Shown: positions 1-10,256, counted from the stretch's first letter. The stretch is 64,000 nucleotides of DNA from Spirochaetia bacterium (GCA_963677595.1 OY782041.1:2304001-2368000), one strand, 5' to 3'. A program made the numbers and translations. The notes: a model not told the origin generated them from the sequence alone.

Positions 1-446
1 TCGTTGATCCTCCGGTAATGGTCCTCACAGACATTGGTGTTCTCCGGTATCATGATGATCAGGTCGGGGTGCTTCCCGATCGCCTCATCGACGGCTTTCG
101 TCTGTATCCGCATGTCCCAGCTGGTGGTGATGAAGGAGGTCTTGATGCTGTAGAACCTGGCGACCTTCTTCAACCCCTCCTTGAAGTCATCCATATAGGG
201 GTGGTTCCCGGGGTAGATGCATACCACGCTCTTGCTGCGTGCGTTCATACCGGGATCAGGCCTGGGTATGTTGTTCTTCGGGGTGAGGAAGCCTGCATAT
301 TCGCAGTCGTACCAGTGTCGCAGGTCATCTTCAGGATACTGGTGCTGGTTGTCCGGTCTCGGGGGTATCTCTCTCTGGTCCTTGATGCAGAACACATTGA
401 AGTCCCTGCTGTCGTGCGCAAAGTCCATATAGGAAGAGTATATCAT
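1..446 (-). CDS. Partial (runs off left edge) protein with a sugar-binding periplasmic-binding-protein-like domain; no signal peptide, possibly a cytoplasmic regulator
   Basis: Manual translation of the minus strand from ATG at 446: MIYSSYMDF...PPRPDNQHQYPEDDLRHWYDCEYAGF...GNHPYMDDFKEGLKKVA...WDMRIQTKAVDEAIGKHPDLIIMIP, open to the edge. Resembles the RbsB/LacI-type ligand-binding fold. Confidence 0.6.
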   Translation of the reverse strand, partial: MIYSSYMDFAHDSRDFNVFCIKDQREIPPRPDNQHQYPEDDLRHWYDCEYAGFLTPKNNIPRPDPGMNARSKSVVCIYPGNHPYMDDFKEGLKKVARFYSIKTSFITTSWDMRIQTKAVDEAIGKHPDLIIMIPENTNVCEDHYRRIN

Positions 447-808
447 CGATTTCGGTAACTGGGGAAAGAATTTATCCCGCGATATGACGCGTGTCCACCA
501 GGGCCGGTTCGGTTCATGCAGGTGTCTGTATAGAAAAAAGATTCGGGTGTATAAGAAACTTTTTAGAAATATCAAAAAGATTCGGATGGAGGCGAATGTT
601 TTTTGATTCCACTGCCTGGCTATCTTGAGGAAGGTATTCCTTACTTGGAAGAACTCTTCGTTACTTCTTCCTGCAGATCTCTCGCATGACTGGATCAAGC
701 TGCCTGTGCAGCTGCTGTTCCTGTGATCCTGGCATGTCCCCCTGCTTGGGTACAATCCAGCAGTACCATCACGAACGTGAAGACAGGTAACTCAAACTTC
801 GCACATAG

Positions 809-1123
809 CTAAGCCGCATTCTTGAGATAGATTCTGAGTCGTTGAGGCAGGCCCTTCAGGAATCTGTTCAGCGTATCATTCAGTTTGCCAAGAGGTAATG
901 CATACTCATCAGCGATAACCTCGACAAACAGAGTTAACGTCAACTCTAGGGCTGCAAAGAGAGCGGCATCCTGTACTTCTTCTAATAGCTGGTAGTAGAG
1001 TTCACCGAAGCCGATCTCATCAGAGCTCTGACGGTTCAACCATGAGAGCATTGCATATTGGAACATGACAATAGCAGAACTTGCATAGGATAACGCATCC
1101 TCAACTTGACGACTATGGCCCAT
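809..1123 (-). pseudogene. C-terminal remnant of an IS4-superfamily-like DDE transposase
   Basis: AIVMFQYAMLSWLNRQSSDEIGFGELYYQLLEEVQD...FLKGLPQRLRIYLKNAA resembles the C-terminus of such transposases. The stop abuts the TIR and no catalytic region is present upstream. Confidence 0.65.
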
Positions 1124-1167
1124 GCTAATATACTATATATGTAAACATATACTTGCATATGTTTACA
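1106..1167 (+). promoter_or_regulatory. Sigma70 promoter and palindromic operator of the relB/PIN operon
   Basis: TTGACG (1106-1111)-17 bp-TATACT (1129-1134); perfect 11-bp inverted repeat tgtaaacatat-N6-atatgtttaca (1140-1167) before the RBS aaggag. Confidence 0.75.
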
Positions 1168-1179
1168 AAGGAGCAGATT

Positions 1180-1482
1180 ATGGCAAATTCTCTGGTACAG
1201 TTTCGCGTAGAAGAGAACCTCAAATTGGAGGCCACAAGCATCTTCGAGAGATTAGGCATTGATCTTTCTACTGCTCTTCGCATGTTCCTCGCACGGGCAG
1301 TATTGGATCAGGGAATACCCTTCCCAATGAAGCTCGATGGAGATCCAAAAGCACGTAATGCTATGTATGCCCTGAAGGAAGCAAGTCGCATCGCCGGGGA
1401 GAACGGTATATCTGATATGACACTGGAAGAGATCAATTCAGAGATAGCCGAAGCAAGGAAGCGGTATGTTCTCAAAGAGTGA
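1180..1482 (+). CDS. RelB/DinJ-family antitoxin
   Basis: MANSLVQFRVEENLKLEATSIFERLGIDLSTALRMFL...GIPF is the typical RHH RelB/DinJ pattern. RBS precedes ATG 1180. Confidence 0.9.
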   Translation: MANSLVQFRVEENLKLEATSIFERLGIDLSTALRMFLARAVLDQGIPFPMKLDGDPKARNAMYALKEASRIAGENGISDMTLEEINSEIAEARKRYVLKE

Positions 1483-1885
1483 TCGGTTTGTAGTAATCGA
1501 TAGGAATGTCCTGGTATCAGCCATACTCAAGTGGGATTCCAATCCTGGAAGGATCATGGAGAAGGTGTTTCTTGGTGAGATTATCCCTGTCTTCAATCAT
1601 GCTATTCTCAATGAGTACCATGAGGTTCTTTCACACCCGAAATTCCATCTCCCCCCAGATATACCTACCCATATTATCACCGGCATTGTAGACAAAGGAA
1701 TCCTGGTGGAGGCAGATAAACTCATTGTTGATATGCCTGATCCAGATGATATTATGTTCTTCGAGGTCACGATGGAAGCACGTAAGGATCATGATACATT
1801 TCTTGTAACGGGGAACTTGAAACACTTTCCCCAGAAACCCTTTATTGTCACTCCCAGACAAATGCTTGATATACTCAACTTGTAG
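1466..1885 (+). CDS. PIN-family putative toxin
   Basis: VVIDRNVLVSA...EYHEVLSHPKF...DPDDIMF...LVTGNLKHFP PIN motifs; overlaps the antitoxin gene. Confidence 0.88.
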   Translation: MFSKSDRFVVIDRNVLVSAILKWDSNPGRIMEKVFLGEIIPVFNHAILNEYHEVLSHPKFHLPPDIPTHIITGIVDKGILVEADKLIVDMPDPDDIMFFEVTMEARKDHDTFLVTGNLKHFPQKPFIVTPRQMLDILNL

Positions 1886-1951
1886 TGTAGTCTAAACACG
1901 AAACAAGACTATACCTGCTGCTGTCCTGCTACGGAATCCATACAGGATCCT

Positions 1952-2182
1952 CTACTTCACTCCCCCGAAAGTCAGTCCGCTGATATAGTACTTCTGGAGC
2001 ATAAGCGAAAGCAGGATCACCGGCAGGATCGCCACGACCCCCATCGTCGCCATATAGGTCCAGCCCTGATGCAGGATCCCGAAGGTACTGAGCATTCCCA
2101 GCGGGAGCGTGCTCGTATCAGGGGAGGTCAACGTCAAAGCGAACAGGAAGTCATACCAGGAGAAGATGAACGCGAAGTACAT
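1952..2182 (-). pseudogene. C-terminal fragment of a carbohydrate ABC permease (MalG-like)
   Basis: FAFIFSWYDFLFALTLT...TLPLG...LQKYYISGLTFGGVK is the conserved C-terminal part only (76 aa). Confidence 0.8.
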
Positions 2183-2494
2183 GCAATACTATCAAGTCCC
2201 TGCCTCCAAACCGGCGAATACGACAAGACTCTGTGAAAGCTATACAGTTTTCATATGTTTACAAATTTAAACATAAGTTCTTCGTGTTGCTAATAGACAT
2301 CCCATAGTATTTAGAGTAAGAATATTCGTTCTTATGTCTATATATTATATATAATCAACTAGAAGCATTCAGGGCGAGTACTTGCCTGTTCTTGGCTGAA
2401 TTTCATGTGCGAAGTTTGAGAGGTAAACATCGGCAGAGAAATTCCTTCCCCAATCCTGTAGAACAGGGTACCATGTCTTGAGGAGTGTACGTCC

Positions 2495-3424
2495 ATGAGA
2501 GATTTGAAGAAGAGCTGTCGGATCGCAGTGGTCCAGGCAGCGCCTGTGCTGTTCGATGCCGGAGCCTGTACTGAGAAGGCGGTTTCCCTCATCGCTGAGT
2601 GTGCCGCAGCACAGGCCGAGCTGATCGTGTTCCCCGAGCTCTTCATCCCGGGCTATCCCTACGGGATGTCCTTCGGGTTCACCGTCGGGGCACGTACCGC
2701 GCAGGGGCGTCAGGACTGGCTGCGCTACTATGAGAACTCGATCCTCATCCCGGGGCCTGAGACCGAACTGCTGGGCAACGCAGCCCGGGACGCGAATGCA
2801 TGGCTCAGTATCGGGGTATCGGAGCGGGATGCCCGGACCGCCACCCTCTATAACAGCAATATCATCTTCTCACCCGAAGGGGCGTTGGTCTCACACCACC
2901 GGAAGCTCAAGCCCACCGGCTCTGAACGGGTCGTCTGGGGGGATGCTGACAGCCACTACTTCCCCGTGGCAGAGACCCCGTGGGGGCCAGTCGGGAGCCT
3001 CATCTGCTGGGAGAGCTATATGCCGCTTGCCCGGGTCGCGCTCTATGGGAAGGGGATCACCATCTACATCTCCCCGAACACCAATGACAACCAAGAGTGG
3101 CAGGCGACCATCCGGCACATCGCCCTGGAAGGGCACTGCTACTTCATCAACAGCAACCTGTTCTTCACGAAGGATACCTACCCGGAAACGCTTCACTGCC
3201 CTGAGGAGATCGACAGGCTCCCTTATGTCGTCTGCCGGGGCGGCAGCTGCATCGTCGATCCCTACGGTCACTATGAAACCGAACCCCTCTGGGACCGCGA
3301 GGGGATCATCTTCGCTGAGCTCGACATGGATAAGGTCCCAGCAAGCAGGATGGAATTCGATGCCTGCGGCCATTATGCACGGCCGGATATACTTGAACTG
3401 GTCGTTAAAGAGGAGAGAGAGTAG
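2495..3424 (+). CDS. Nitrilase / carbon-nitrogen hydrolase
   Basis: Catalytic triad motifs FPE, HRKLKPT, LICWE. Confidence 0.93.
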   Translation: MRDLKKSCRIAVVQAAPVLFDAGACTEKAVSLIAECAAAQAELIVFPELFIPGYPYGMSFGFTVGARTAQGRQDWLRYYENSILIPGPETELLGNAARDANAWLSIGVSERDARTATLYNSNIIFSPEGALVSHHRKLKPTGSERVVWGDADSHYFPVAETPWGPVGSLICWESYMPLARVALYGKGITIYISPNTNDNQEWQATIRHIALEGHCYFINSNLFFTKDTYPETLHCPEEIDRLPYVVCRGGSCIVDPYGHYETEPLWDREGIIFAELDMDKVPASRMEFDACGHYARPDILELVVKEERE

Positions 3425-4705
3425 ATGGGAATCAAACAGGAAGAGGCATTCAGGGTGTATCGGTACAGGTGGGTGGTGCTCGGGGCGTTCTTCCTCCTTA
3501 CGATGGTCTCGCAGATCCAGTGGCTTACCCATGCGCCGGTCTCCCGGGCAGCTGCAGTCTTCTATGAAGGCCAGATCCCAGACGGCTCCTTTTTCAATAT
3601 CGACTTCATCGCCATGTCCTATATGCTGGTCTTCCTCATCATGTGCATCCCCGCTTCTTATGTGTTAGATACCTACGGCATCAGGGTCGGGCTTGGGATC
3701 GGGGCGCTCGGTGCCGCGGTCTTCGGCTTTGCCAAGGGGCTCTTCGCAGACAGCTTCACCCTGGTCATCATCGCCCAGGTGGGGCTTGCCGCGGTACAGC
3801 CCTTCATCCTCAATGCCGTGACTGCCCTCACCGTCAGGTGGTTCCCGCTCCGGGAGCGTGCCACTGCTGCCGGCATCGGGGCCCTGGCCCAGTACCTCGG
3901 GATCATGGTCGCCATGGGGGTGACCCCCCTGATGGTCGACACCTCGCCGGAGTCGGTGACCTACGGGGCGGGGATTGATTCCATGCTCATGACCTACGGG
4001 ATCATCACTGCTGCCGCTGGGGTGATCTCCCTGGTCCTCATCAGGGAGAGACCCCCGACACCGCCGTCAGGGACCGAGCTGCACCATACGAGGTTCTTCG
4101 AGGGGTTCCGGATCATCTTCGGCAGGAAGGATATGGTGATCACCCTCATCCTCTTCTTCATCGGGCTCGGGCTCTTCAATGCGGTAAGCTCGATGGTCGA
4201 TGCGATCACGGGGTTCATCGGGGTCTCGGACTCAAACGGGATGATCGGGGTGCTGATGCTCCTCGGCGGGGTCATCGGAGCAGTCATCCTGCCGATCCTC
4301 TCCGACACCTTCAGGAAGCGGAGGCTCTTCCTCGTCATCTGCATTTCAGGGATGGTCCCCGGGGTCGCGGGCCTCACCTTCGCTGGGATGCTCGGCAGCA
4401 CCCCGGAAGCCGCCTATACCATCGCGCTCGTCTCCTCGTTTATCCTCGGGTTCTTCATCATGAGTGCGGGGCCGATCGGGTTCCAGTATGCCGCCGAGGT
4501 GAGCTACCCGGCACCGGAGTCTTCTTCACAGGGGATGCTGCTTTTCGCCGGGCAGATCACAGGGCTGGTCTTCACCTACCTCATGAGCATCGGTCATAAT
4601 AGGTATCTTGGTTCGGTCATGGTCAGTTTCGTGTTCCTTGCCCTGGTCACCGTGGTATTGGTGATGATGCTCAAGGAGTCGCCGATGATGGGAGAACGAG
4701 CATAG
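3425..4705 (+). CDS. MFS transporter (FLVCR-like)
   Basis: About 12 hydrophobic segments; YRYRWVVL, WFPLRERATA, AAEVSYP motifs. Confidence 0.9.
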   Translation: MGIKQEEAFRVYRYRWVVLGAFFLLTMVSQIQWLTHAPVSRAAAVFYEGQIPDGSFFNIDFIAMSYMLVFLIMCIPASYVLDTYGIRVGLGIGALGAAVFGFAKGLFADSFTLVIIAQVGLAAVQPFILNAVTALTVRWFPLRERATAAGIGALAQYLGIMVAMGVTPLMVDTSPESVTYGAGIDSMLMTYGIITAAAGVISLVLIRERPPTPPSGTELHHTRFFEGFRIIFGRKDMVITLILFFIGLGLFNAVSSMVDAITGFIGVSDSNGMIGVLMLLGGVIGAVILPILSDTFRKRRLFLVICISGMVPGVAGLTFAGMLGSTPEAAYTIALVSSFILGFFIMSAGPIGFQYAAEVSYPAPESSSQGMLLFAGQITGLVFTYLMSIGHNRYLGSVMVSFVFLALVTVVLVMMLKESPMMGERA

Positions 4706-4844
4706 GTACGATCCAGTACTCATACCTGAGTGAAATAATCGAAAATATGCTAGGAGAATGACCAGGTTCTGATTGCTTCTTGGGAATACATCATATATAT
4801 TATAAGCATATGCTAAATATGAAGTATCCAAGGAGGGAACATGT

Positions 4845-6191
4845 ATGAGATATGATGTGGTAGTGATCGGAGGGAACCCGGCCGGTGGTGCTGCAGCGGT
4901 CGCTGCGAAGAAGCTCCACCCGGAGAAGTCGATACTGGTGATCAGGAAGGAACCGGATGCCCTGATCCCCTGCGGTATCCCCTATATCTTCGGCACGCTT
5001 CCCTCCATAGAGGCTGATATCAAAGGGATAGACCCCATGAAGGCAGCCGGGATCGAGTTCCTCATAGATGAAGTCATAGAAGTCAGGACTGAAGAGAAAG
5101 AGATCCTGACCCATGGCAGTAAGATGATCGAGTATGACCGTCTGATCTTTGCAACGGGATCTACCCCCTTCGTCCCCCCGATCGAGGGAAGGGACCTCGC
5201 TCATGTCGTCACGGCTGCGAAGGACCTGGAGAATGTCAGGAAGATATATCCCATCCTCACATCGGCGAAGCGGGTCGCAGTCGTGGGTGCCGGTTTCATC
5301 GGCGTGGAGATGAGTGACGAACTCGCGAAAGGAGGAGCTGAGGTGACCCTCATTGAGGCCATGGGTTCTATCCTGCCGCTGGCCTTTGATGAGGATATGA
5401 CAGTACCGGCTTTCGCGATGCTCCGAGCTCATGCCGTCGATATCAGGACCTCGACCATGGTCAGCCGCATCGTGGGAGAGAACGGCATCGCCACCGGCGT
5501 GGAGCTCAAAGGAGGTGAGGTCATCCCGGTCGATGCCGTAGTGCTTGCCATCGGGTACCGCCCCAATACGGAGCTGGCACGGAATACGGGGCTCGAGATT
5601 GGTATCTTCGGAGGTATCAGAACTGATGAATACCTGAGGACGAGTGTCCCCGATGTGTTTGCCGCCGGTGACTGTGTGGAGCACAAGGACTTCTTCACCA
5701 GGAAGCCGTCACGGCTCATGCTGGCCTCGACCGCAGCCTCTGAAGCGAGGATCGCGGGGATGAACCTCTTCGAACTCCGCATCATCCGCCAGACCAAGGG
5801 CAGCATCGCGGTCTTCTCTACCTCACTCGGGGATTCGGCATTGGGTGCCGCAGGACTCACCGAAGAGCAGGCAAGCCGGGAGAACTTCAAGTTCGTGATC
5901 GGCAGGAGCAAAGGGTTCGACCGGCATCCGAAGGGCGTGGGGGATGCGAACCCTCAGATCCTCAAGCTGGTGTTCTCCACGGGGAGCGGGGTGCTCCTCG
6001 GTGCGCAGGTCAGCGGCGGGAAGTCGACCGGGGAGATGATCAACATCCTGGGTCTGGCAATCCAGCAGGGTATGACTGCGGCGGACCTGGCAACCATGCA
6101 GTATGGTACCCAGCCGGGGCTCACTGCAGGGCCCGGGGTCTATCCCATAGCCATGGCTGCCATGGATGCCGTCAGCCAGATGTGCAGGTGA
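4845..6191 (+). CDS. FAD-dependent pyridine nucleotide-disulfide oxidoreductase (CoA-disulfide reductase / NADH oxidase family)
   Basis: VIGGNPAG, redox Cys in PCGIPY, ATGS, VGAGFIG, VFAAGDC. Confidence 0.9.
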   Translation: MRYDVVVIGGNPAGGAAAVAAKKLHPEKSILVIRKEPDALIPCGIPYIFGTLPSIEADIKGIDPMKAAGIEFLIDEVIEVRTEEKEILTHGSKMIEYDRLIFATGSTPFVPPIEGRDLAHVVTAAKDLENVRKIYPILTSAKRVAVVGAGFIGVEMSDELAKGGAEVTLIEAMGSILPLAFDEDMTVPAFAMLRAHAVDIRTSTMVSRIVGENGIATGVELKGGEVIPVDAVVLAIGYRPNTELARNTGLEIGIFGGIRTDEYLRTSVPDVFAAGDCVEHKDFFTRKPSRLMLASTAASEARIAGMNLFELRIIRQTKGSIAVFSTSLGDSALGAAGLTEEQASRENFKFVIGRSKGFDRHPKGVGDANPQILKLVFSTGSGVLLGAQVSGGKSTGEMINILGLAIQQGMTAADLATMQYGTQPGLTAGPGVYPIAMAAMDAVSQMCR

Positions 6192-6302
6192 GCCAGATAT
6201 AAGCCCGACGCCTTACTGAACTCATAACAAATCTCACCATAAAGCGCTTTTCCATGATAGAATTAGTGAGAAAAGGCAGTACAAAAAGTAAAGTGAGATC
6301 TT

Positions 6303-9300
6303 ATGAAGTTACGGACGAAACTGAATACCTTCATCATCTCAATCACGCTTATCATCTCCATCATACTTGCCGTCTTCAGCTTCATACAGGCTAAGCAGAA
6401 CATCAACGGACTGATTGCAGAGAAACTTGCCTCAGAATCACGGAGCGATACCCACTATATAGAGTTCTTCTTCGACACCCTCTCTGCTGAGATGAAACTG
6501 CTCACCAGCCGGACGATCCTCAAGTCGGTCCTCCTTGAATATGAGTCTACAGGGGATGAACAGCTCCTTGGACAGATCAGGGAGAGTCTCACCCAGGCCA
6601 TGACAGCGTTGGGACGGGTGGAGGTGCTCTCGCTGACAACGTCAGATGGGGACCTCATCCTCTCTACCAGTGAAGACAGCCGGATGTATCCGGTGGCAGC
6701 TTCCCCCGATGATATCACAGAAGAGCAGATCCCCATCTCCTACCATACCATAGACAACAGGGCATACATGCAGGTACGGGCCCCCCTCATCGAGCAGGGG
6801 GAGGTGATCGCGCTGCTCTATGCCTATGTAGATCTCTCCGAGCTTGCTGATGTGCTGCTTGGTTTCAGCGAACTGGAACTCTCAACAGCCGATACGGTAT
6901 TCGTCCAGTACCAGGGGAATGGTGATGCCCTTTTCCTGACCCCGGTACGGTTCGACCCGGACAGCGCCCTGTCGCGTACCCTGCGCAGCGACCAGACCGA
7001 TGTATCGGTCATGCAGGCGAAGGCATATCCTGAGGGGAGGTTCATCGAGGCTGTCGACTACCGGGGCGTCCCAGTCTTCTCCTATGTGCGCTACCTCGCT
7101 CCCTATGACATGGGGCTCTCGGTAGAGCTCGATACGGCTGAGATCTACGATATGGTCCGGGACCAGATCCTGCTCCAAGCGATCATCATCCTGGCACTGC
7201 TCGTGGCTATGGTCATCCTCTCCACGGTCTTGACACGGAAGCTCCTCCAGCCGGTCCAGCATATCGGGGAGTCGATCCATCAGCTGACGAACGGCAACTT
7301 CATCGAGGTGGAGAAGGTGCCGGATGATGAACTCGGGGAACTCTCTGCGAGGTTCAACCAGATGCTCCGCATCCGGAAGACCTTAGGCGAGGAGATCGAG
7401 CAAGAACGGAACCGGTACCGGACCCTGCTGAACCTCTCCACGGAAGCTATCTTCATCCTGGACCCGGAAGACGGCAGGCTGCTCGAGTACAGTGCCCTGA
7501 CACAGGAGAACCTCGGCTATAGTGATGAGGAGATGAAGGACCTTACCGTCCTTGACTGGGATAAGGGACTGCAGGGAATTGAGGACTACCAGGCTATTAT
7601 GAAGGGTGTCGGGACTGACCAGCTCATGCTGGAACGGGTGCATACCAGGAAGGACGGATCGACCTACATCGCGGAGATCCTGCTCGTGCGGATCTCCTGG
7701 GACAGCCATGATTACATCTTCTCCTCGGTACGCGATATCACAGAGAAGAAGGCACGGTATGAGAAGCTTAACCGTTTGAACACCCTCCTTAACCAGGCTT
7801 CCGAGATCGGGAAGGTAGGTTTCTGGGAGTATGATATGGTCTCCCGGAAGTTCACTCCCAGTGACGGGCTCTTCCCCATCTTCGGCTTTGAGCAGGGCCA
7901 GGAGAACATCGGCAAAAAGCTCCTGCTCGCCTGCTACCCGGAGGAGGAACGCAAGCGGTTCCTTGCCGAGCAGAAGGCTGTGAGCCGCGAGCAGCGGGAG
8001 GGTATGATAGTCAGCAGGATCATCACCCCGGCGGGTGAACAGAAGACCCTAGAGCAGCGGGTACAGCCGGTGTTCGATGGGGATGGCAGGATCCTTCGGT
8101 TCATCGGCAGCGTCCGCGATATCACGGAGCTCAAGGAGAAGGAGGAGGCGCTCGAGGAGAGCCAGTTCCGGCTGCGGATCGCGATCGAGGGGAGCATGGA
8201 GGGTCTGTGGGACTGGAACCTTGAGAGCGATGAGGTCTTCTTCTCTCCTCAGTGGAAGGCGATGCTGGGCTTCACCGACGATGAGATCACGGGGTCGCTC
8301 GAAGAGTGGGAACGGCGCCTCAATCCCGAGGACCGGGAGCAGGTTTACCAGGACCTGCAGGAACACTTCGACGGCAAGACTACAGTCTACTCCAATGAGC
8401 ACCGGCTCCTCTGCAAGGACGGCAGCTATAAGTGGATCCTCGACCGCGGACTCGTGGTCAGGAGGGACGATGAGGGGAAGCCTCTCAGGATGATCGGGAT
8501 CCATCTCGATATCTCGGAACAGAAGGCAGCTGCGCTGCTGATCGAGCAGCAGAAGCAGGAACTCGAGACCGTACTGCAGACCTCCCTCGAGGGGATTGCC
8601 CTGTTGGACCCTGAGCTGCAGTTCATCTTCGTGAACAGGCGGTATGCCGACCTCTTCGGGATGGAGGAGCAGGAACTGCTCAGTCGGCATATCTACGACC
8701 TGGTTGGGCAATCCGATGCATCGGAGGTTAAGGAAGTGCTGAGCGGGGTCATGAAGACCGGCTCGCTTGAGAATTATGAGCGTTTCTTCATCACGAAAAG
8801 TGGGCTGGAGATACGCATCAATTCCTCTATCGCCCTGATGCCCGGGGAGCAGCAGCTCCTCGTCACGGCAGCTGACACTACCGAGCGATACTATACCATG
8901 GAGCATATCAAGGAGCAGGCTGTCACTGATGACCTCACCGGCCTGGCGAACCGGAAAGCTTACCACGAGTGGCTAACGAGCATGATCGCCCAGTTCCATC
9001 GGTATGACATCCCGTTCTCTTTCCTGATGCTCGACCTCGACCATTTCAAGTTAGTGAATGATACCTATGGCCATCAAACTGGCGATGAGATCCTCGTGCG
9101 TTTCAGCCGCATCATGACCGCGATCGTCAGGAAGACCGATCACCTCTTCCGGGTCGGGGGTGAGGAGTTCGTCGTGCTTCTCAACTACACGACTCTCGAC
9201 CAGGCGGTGATCTTCGCTGAGCGGGTGAGAGCGATCATAGAAGAGCGTCTTATCATAGAGGACGGAAGCTCCGTGACGGTCAGTATCGGTGCCGCAGAGA

Positions 9301-9404
9301 TACGTAAGGATGATGACCAGGAGAGCATCCTGAGGCGTGCAGACAGCCGTCTCTATCGTGCGAAACAGGCAGGACGCAACCGCGTCATGGCTGTGGGTTC
9401 TTGA
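6303..9404 (+). CDS. Membrane sensor diguanylate cyclase (Cache-like, HAMP, multiple PAS, GGDEF)
   Basis: Two TM segments, HAMP (DELGELSARFNQM), repeated PAS/PAC (RDIT, WDWN), DLDHFK...NDTYGH, RxxD I-site and GGEEF. Confidence 0.93.
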   Translation: MKLRTKLNTFIISITLIISIILAVFSFIQAKQNINGLIAEKLASESRSDTHYIEFFFDTLSAEMKLLTSRTILKSVLLEYESTGDEQLLGQIRESLTQAMTALGRVEVLSLTTSDGDLILSTSEDSRMYPVAASPDDITEEQIPISYHTIDNRAYMQVRAPLIEQGEVIALLYAYVDLSELADVLLGFSELELSTADTVFVQYQGNGDALFLTPVRFDPDSALSRTLRSDQTDVSVMQAKAYPEGRFIEAVDYRGVPVFSYVRYLAPYDMGLSVELDTAEIYDMVRDQILLQAIIILALLVAMVILSTVLTRKLLQPVQHIGESIHQLTNGNFIEVEKVPDDELGELSARFNQMLRIRKTLGEEIEQERNRYRTLLNLSTEAIFILDPEDGRLLEYSALTQENLGYSDEEMKDLTVLDWDKGLQGIEDYQAIMKGVGTDQLMLERVHTRKDGSTYIAEILLVRISWDSHDYIFSSVRDITEKKARYEKLNRLNTLLNQASEIGKVGFWEYDMVSRKFTPSDGLFPIFGFEQGQENIGKKLLLACYPEEERKRFLAEQKAVSREQREGMIVSRIITPAGEQKTLEQRVQPVFDGDGRILRFIGSVRDITELKEKEEALEESQFRLRIAIEGSMEGLWDWNLESDEVFFSPQWKAMLGFTDDEITGSLEEWERRLNPEDREQVYQDLQEHFDGKTTVYSNEHRLLCKDGSYKWILDRGLVVRRDDEGKPLRMIGIHLDISEQKAAALLIEQQKQELETVLQTSLEGIALLDPELQFIFVNRRYADLFGMEEQELLSRHIYDLVGQSDASEVKEVLSGVMKTGSLENYERFFITKSGLEIRINSSIALMPGEQQLLVTAADTTERYYTMEHIKEQAVTDDLTGLANRKAYHEWLTSMIAQFHRYDIPFSFLMLDLDHFKLVNDTYGHQTGDEILVRFSRIMTAIVRKTDHLFRVGGEEFVVLLNYTTLDQAVIFAERVRAIIEERLIIEDGSSVTVSIGAAEIRKDDDQESILRRADSRLYRAKQAGRNRVMAVGS

Positions 9405-9446
9405 AACACGATACTAAACCTTTTACACTGACTCAGGAGTGAATGT

Positions 9447-10256
9447 ATGGAAACAGGAGAACACAGTAACAGGGCCAGGGTTGTATATTTCTCTCACGGA
9501 GGGGGACCGCTGCCCATCCTCTGGGACCCCGGCCACCAGGCGATGATCGATTTCATGAGGGATTTGCCATCGAAGCTGCCGTTACCCGATGCCATCCTCG
9601 TGATCAGTGCCCATTGGGAAGAGGGCCAGGCGACCCTGTTGGGAACCCCGTCCCCGCCCATGCTCTATGACTATTATGGCTTCCCTGAAGAAGCCTATGA
9701 CGTAGAATACCCGGCACCGGGGAGCCCAAAGCTTGCCGGGGATATTGCTGGACTGCTCAGAGAGGCAGGAATACCATCAGTGGTTGATACACAGCGTGGG
9801 TTAGACCACGGGGTGTTCATCCCCCTGATGATGATGTACCCGCAAGCCGATATCCCAGTCACACAGCTCTCCCTTGTCAGGGGCTTGGACCCTGAGGCCC
9901 ACCTTGCCCTGGGAAGGGCCTTGAAGCCGCTTCTAGATAAGAACATCCTGGTAATCGGGTCAGGCTTCTCCTTCCATAACCTTAGGGAGTTCTTCAGCCA
10001 TAGAGGAGGCAACGATGACAGGAACGACGCCTTCCAGGACTGGCTGAAGGAGACCTGTACAGCTGACCTGGCACCGGAAGAACGAGAAGGCCGGCTCCGT
10101 TCCTGGGAGGATGCTCCCCATGCACGGTACTGTCACCCGAGGGAGGAGCACCTGCTACCATTGCACGTCTGCTGCGGGATGACCGGCGGGGAAGCGGGAA
10201 CGGTCATCTTCGATGATACCATCATGGGGAAACGGGCTGTCGCACTGCTCTGGTAG
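9447..10256 (+). CDS. Class III extradiol ring-cleavage dioxygenase (LigB/DODA/YgiD-like)
   Basis: SHGGGP, SAHW, RGLDHG, GSGFSFHN, HPREEHLLPL motifs. Confidence 0.92.
   Translation: METGEHSNRARVVYFSHGGGPLPILWDPGHQAMIDFMRDLPSKLPLPDAILVISAHWEEGQATLLGTPSPPMLYDYYGFPEEAYDVEYPAPGSPKLAGDIAGLLREAGIPSVVDTQRGLDHGVFIPLMMMYPQADIPVTQLSLVRGLDPEAHLALGRALKPLLDKNILVIGSGFSFHNLREFFSHRGGNDDRNDAFQDWLKETCTADLAPEEREGRLRSWEDAPHARYCHPREEHLLPLHVCCGMTGGEAGTVIFDDTIMGKRAVALLW

Larger units (their letters stand above)
791..2420. mobile_element. Non-autonomous IS-derived cassette carrying a TA module (16-bp TIRs, 6-bp TSD)
   Basis: ctcaaacttcgcacat (791-806) and atgtgcgaagtttgag (2405-2420) are a perfect inverted repeat. 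aggtaa is duplicated at 785-790 and 2421-2426. A transposase C-terminal remnant ends 2 bp from the left TIR. Confidence 0.85.

Noticed and set aside
1466-1885. PIN toxin inactivation suggested by DRN instead of the usual DTN
   Set aside because: The catalytic Asp and the other acidic residues remain; one substitution is not enough to call a pseudogene.
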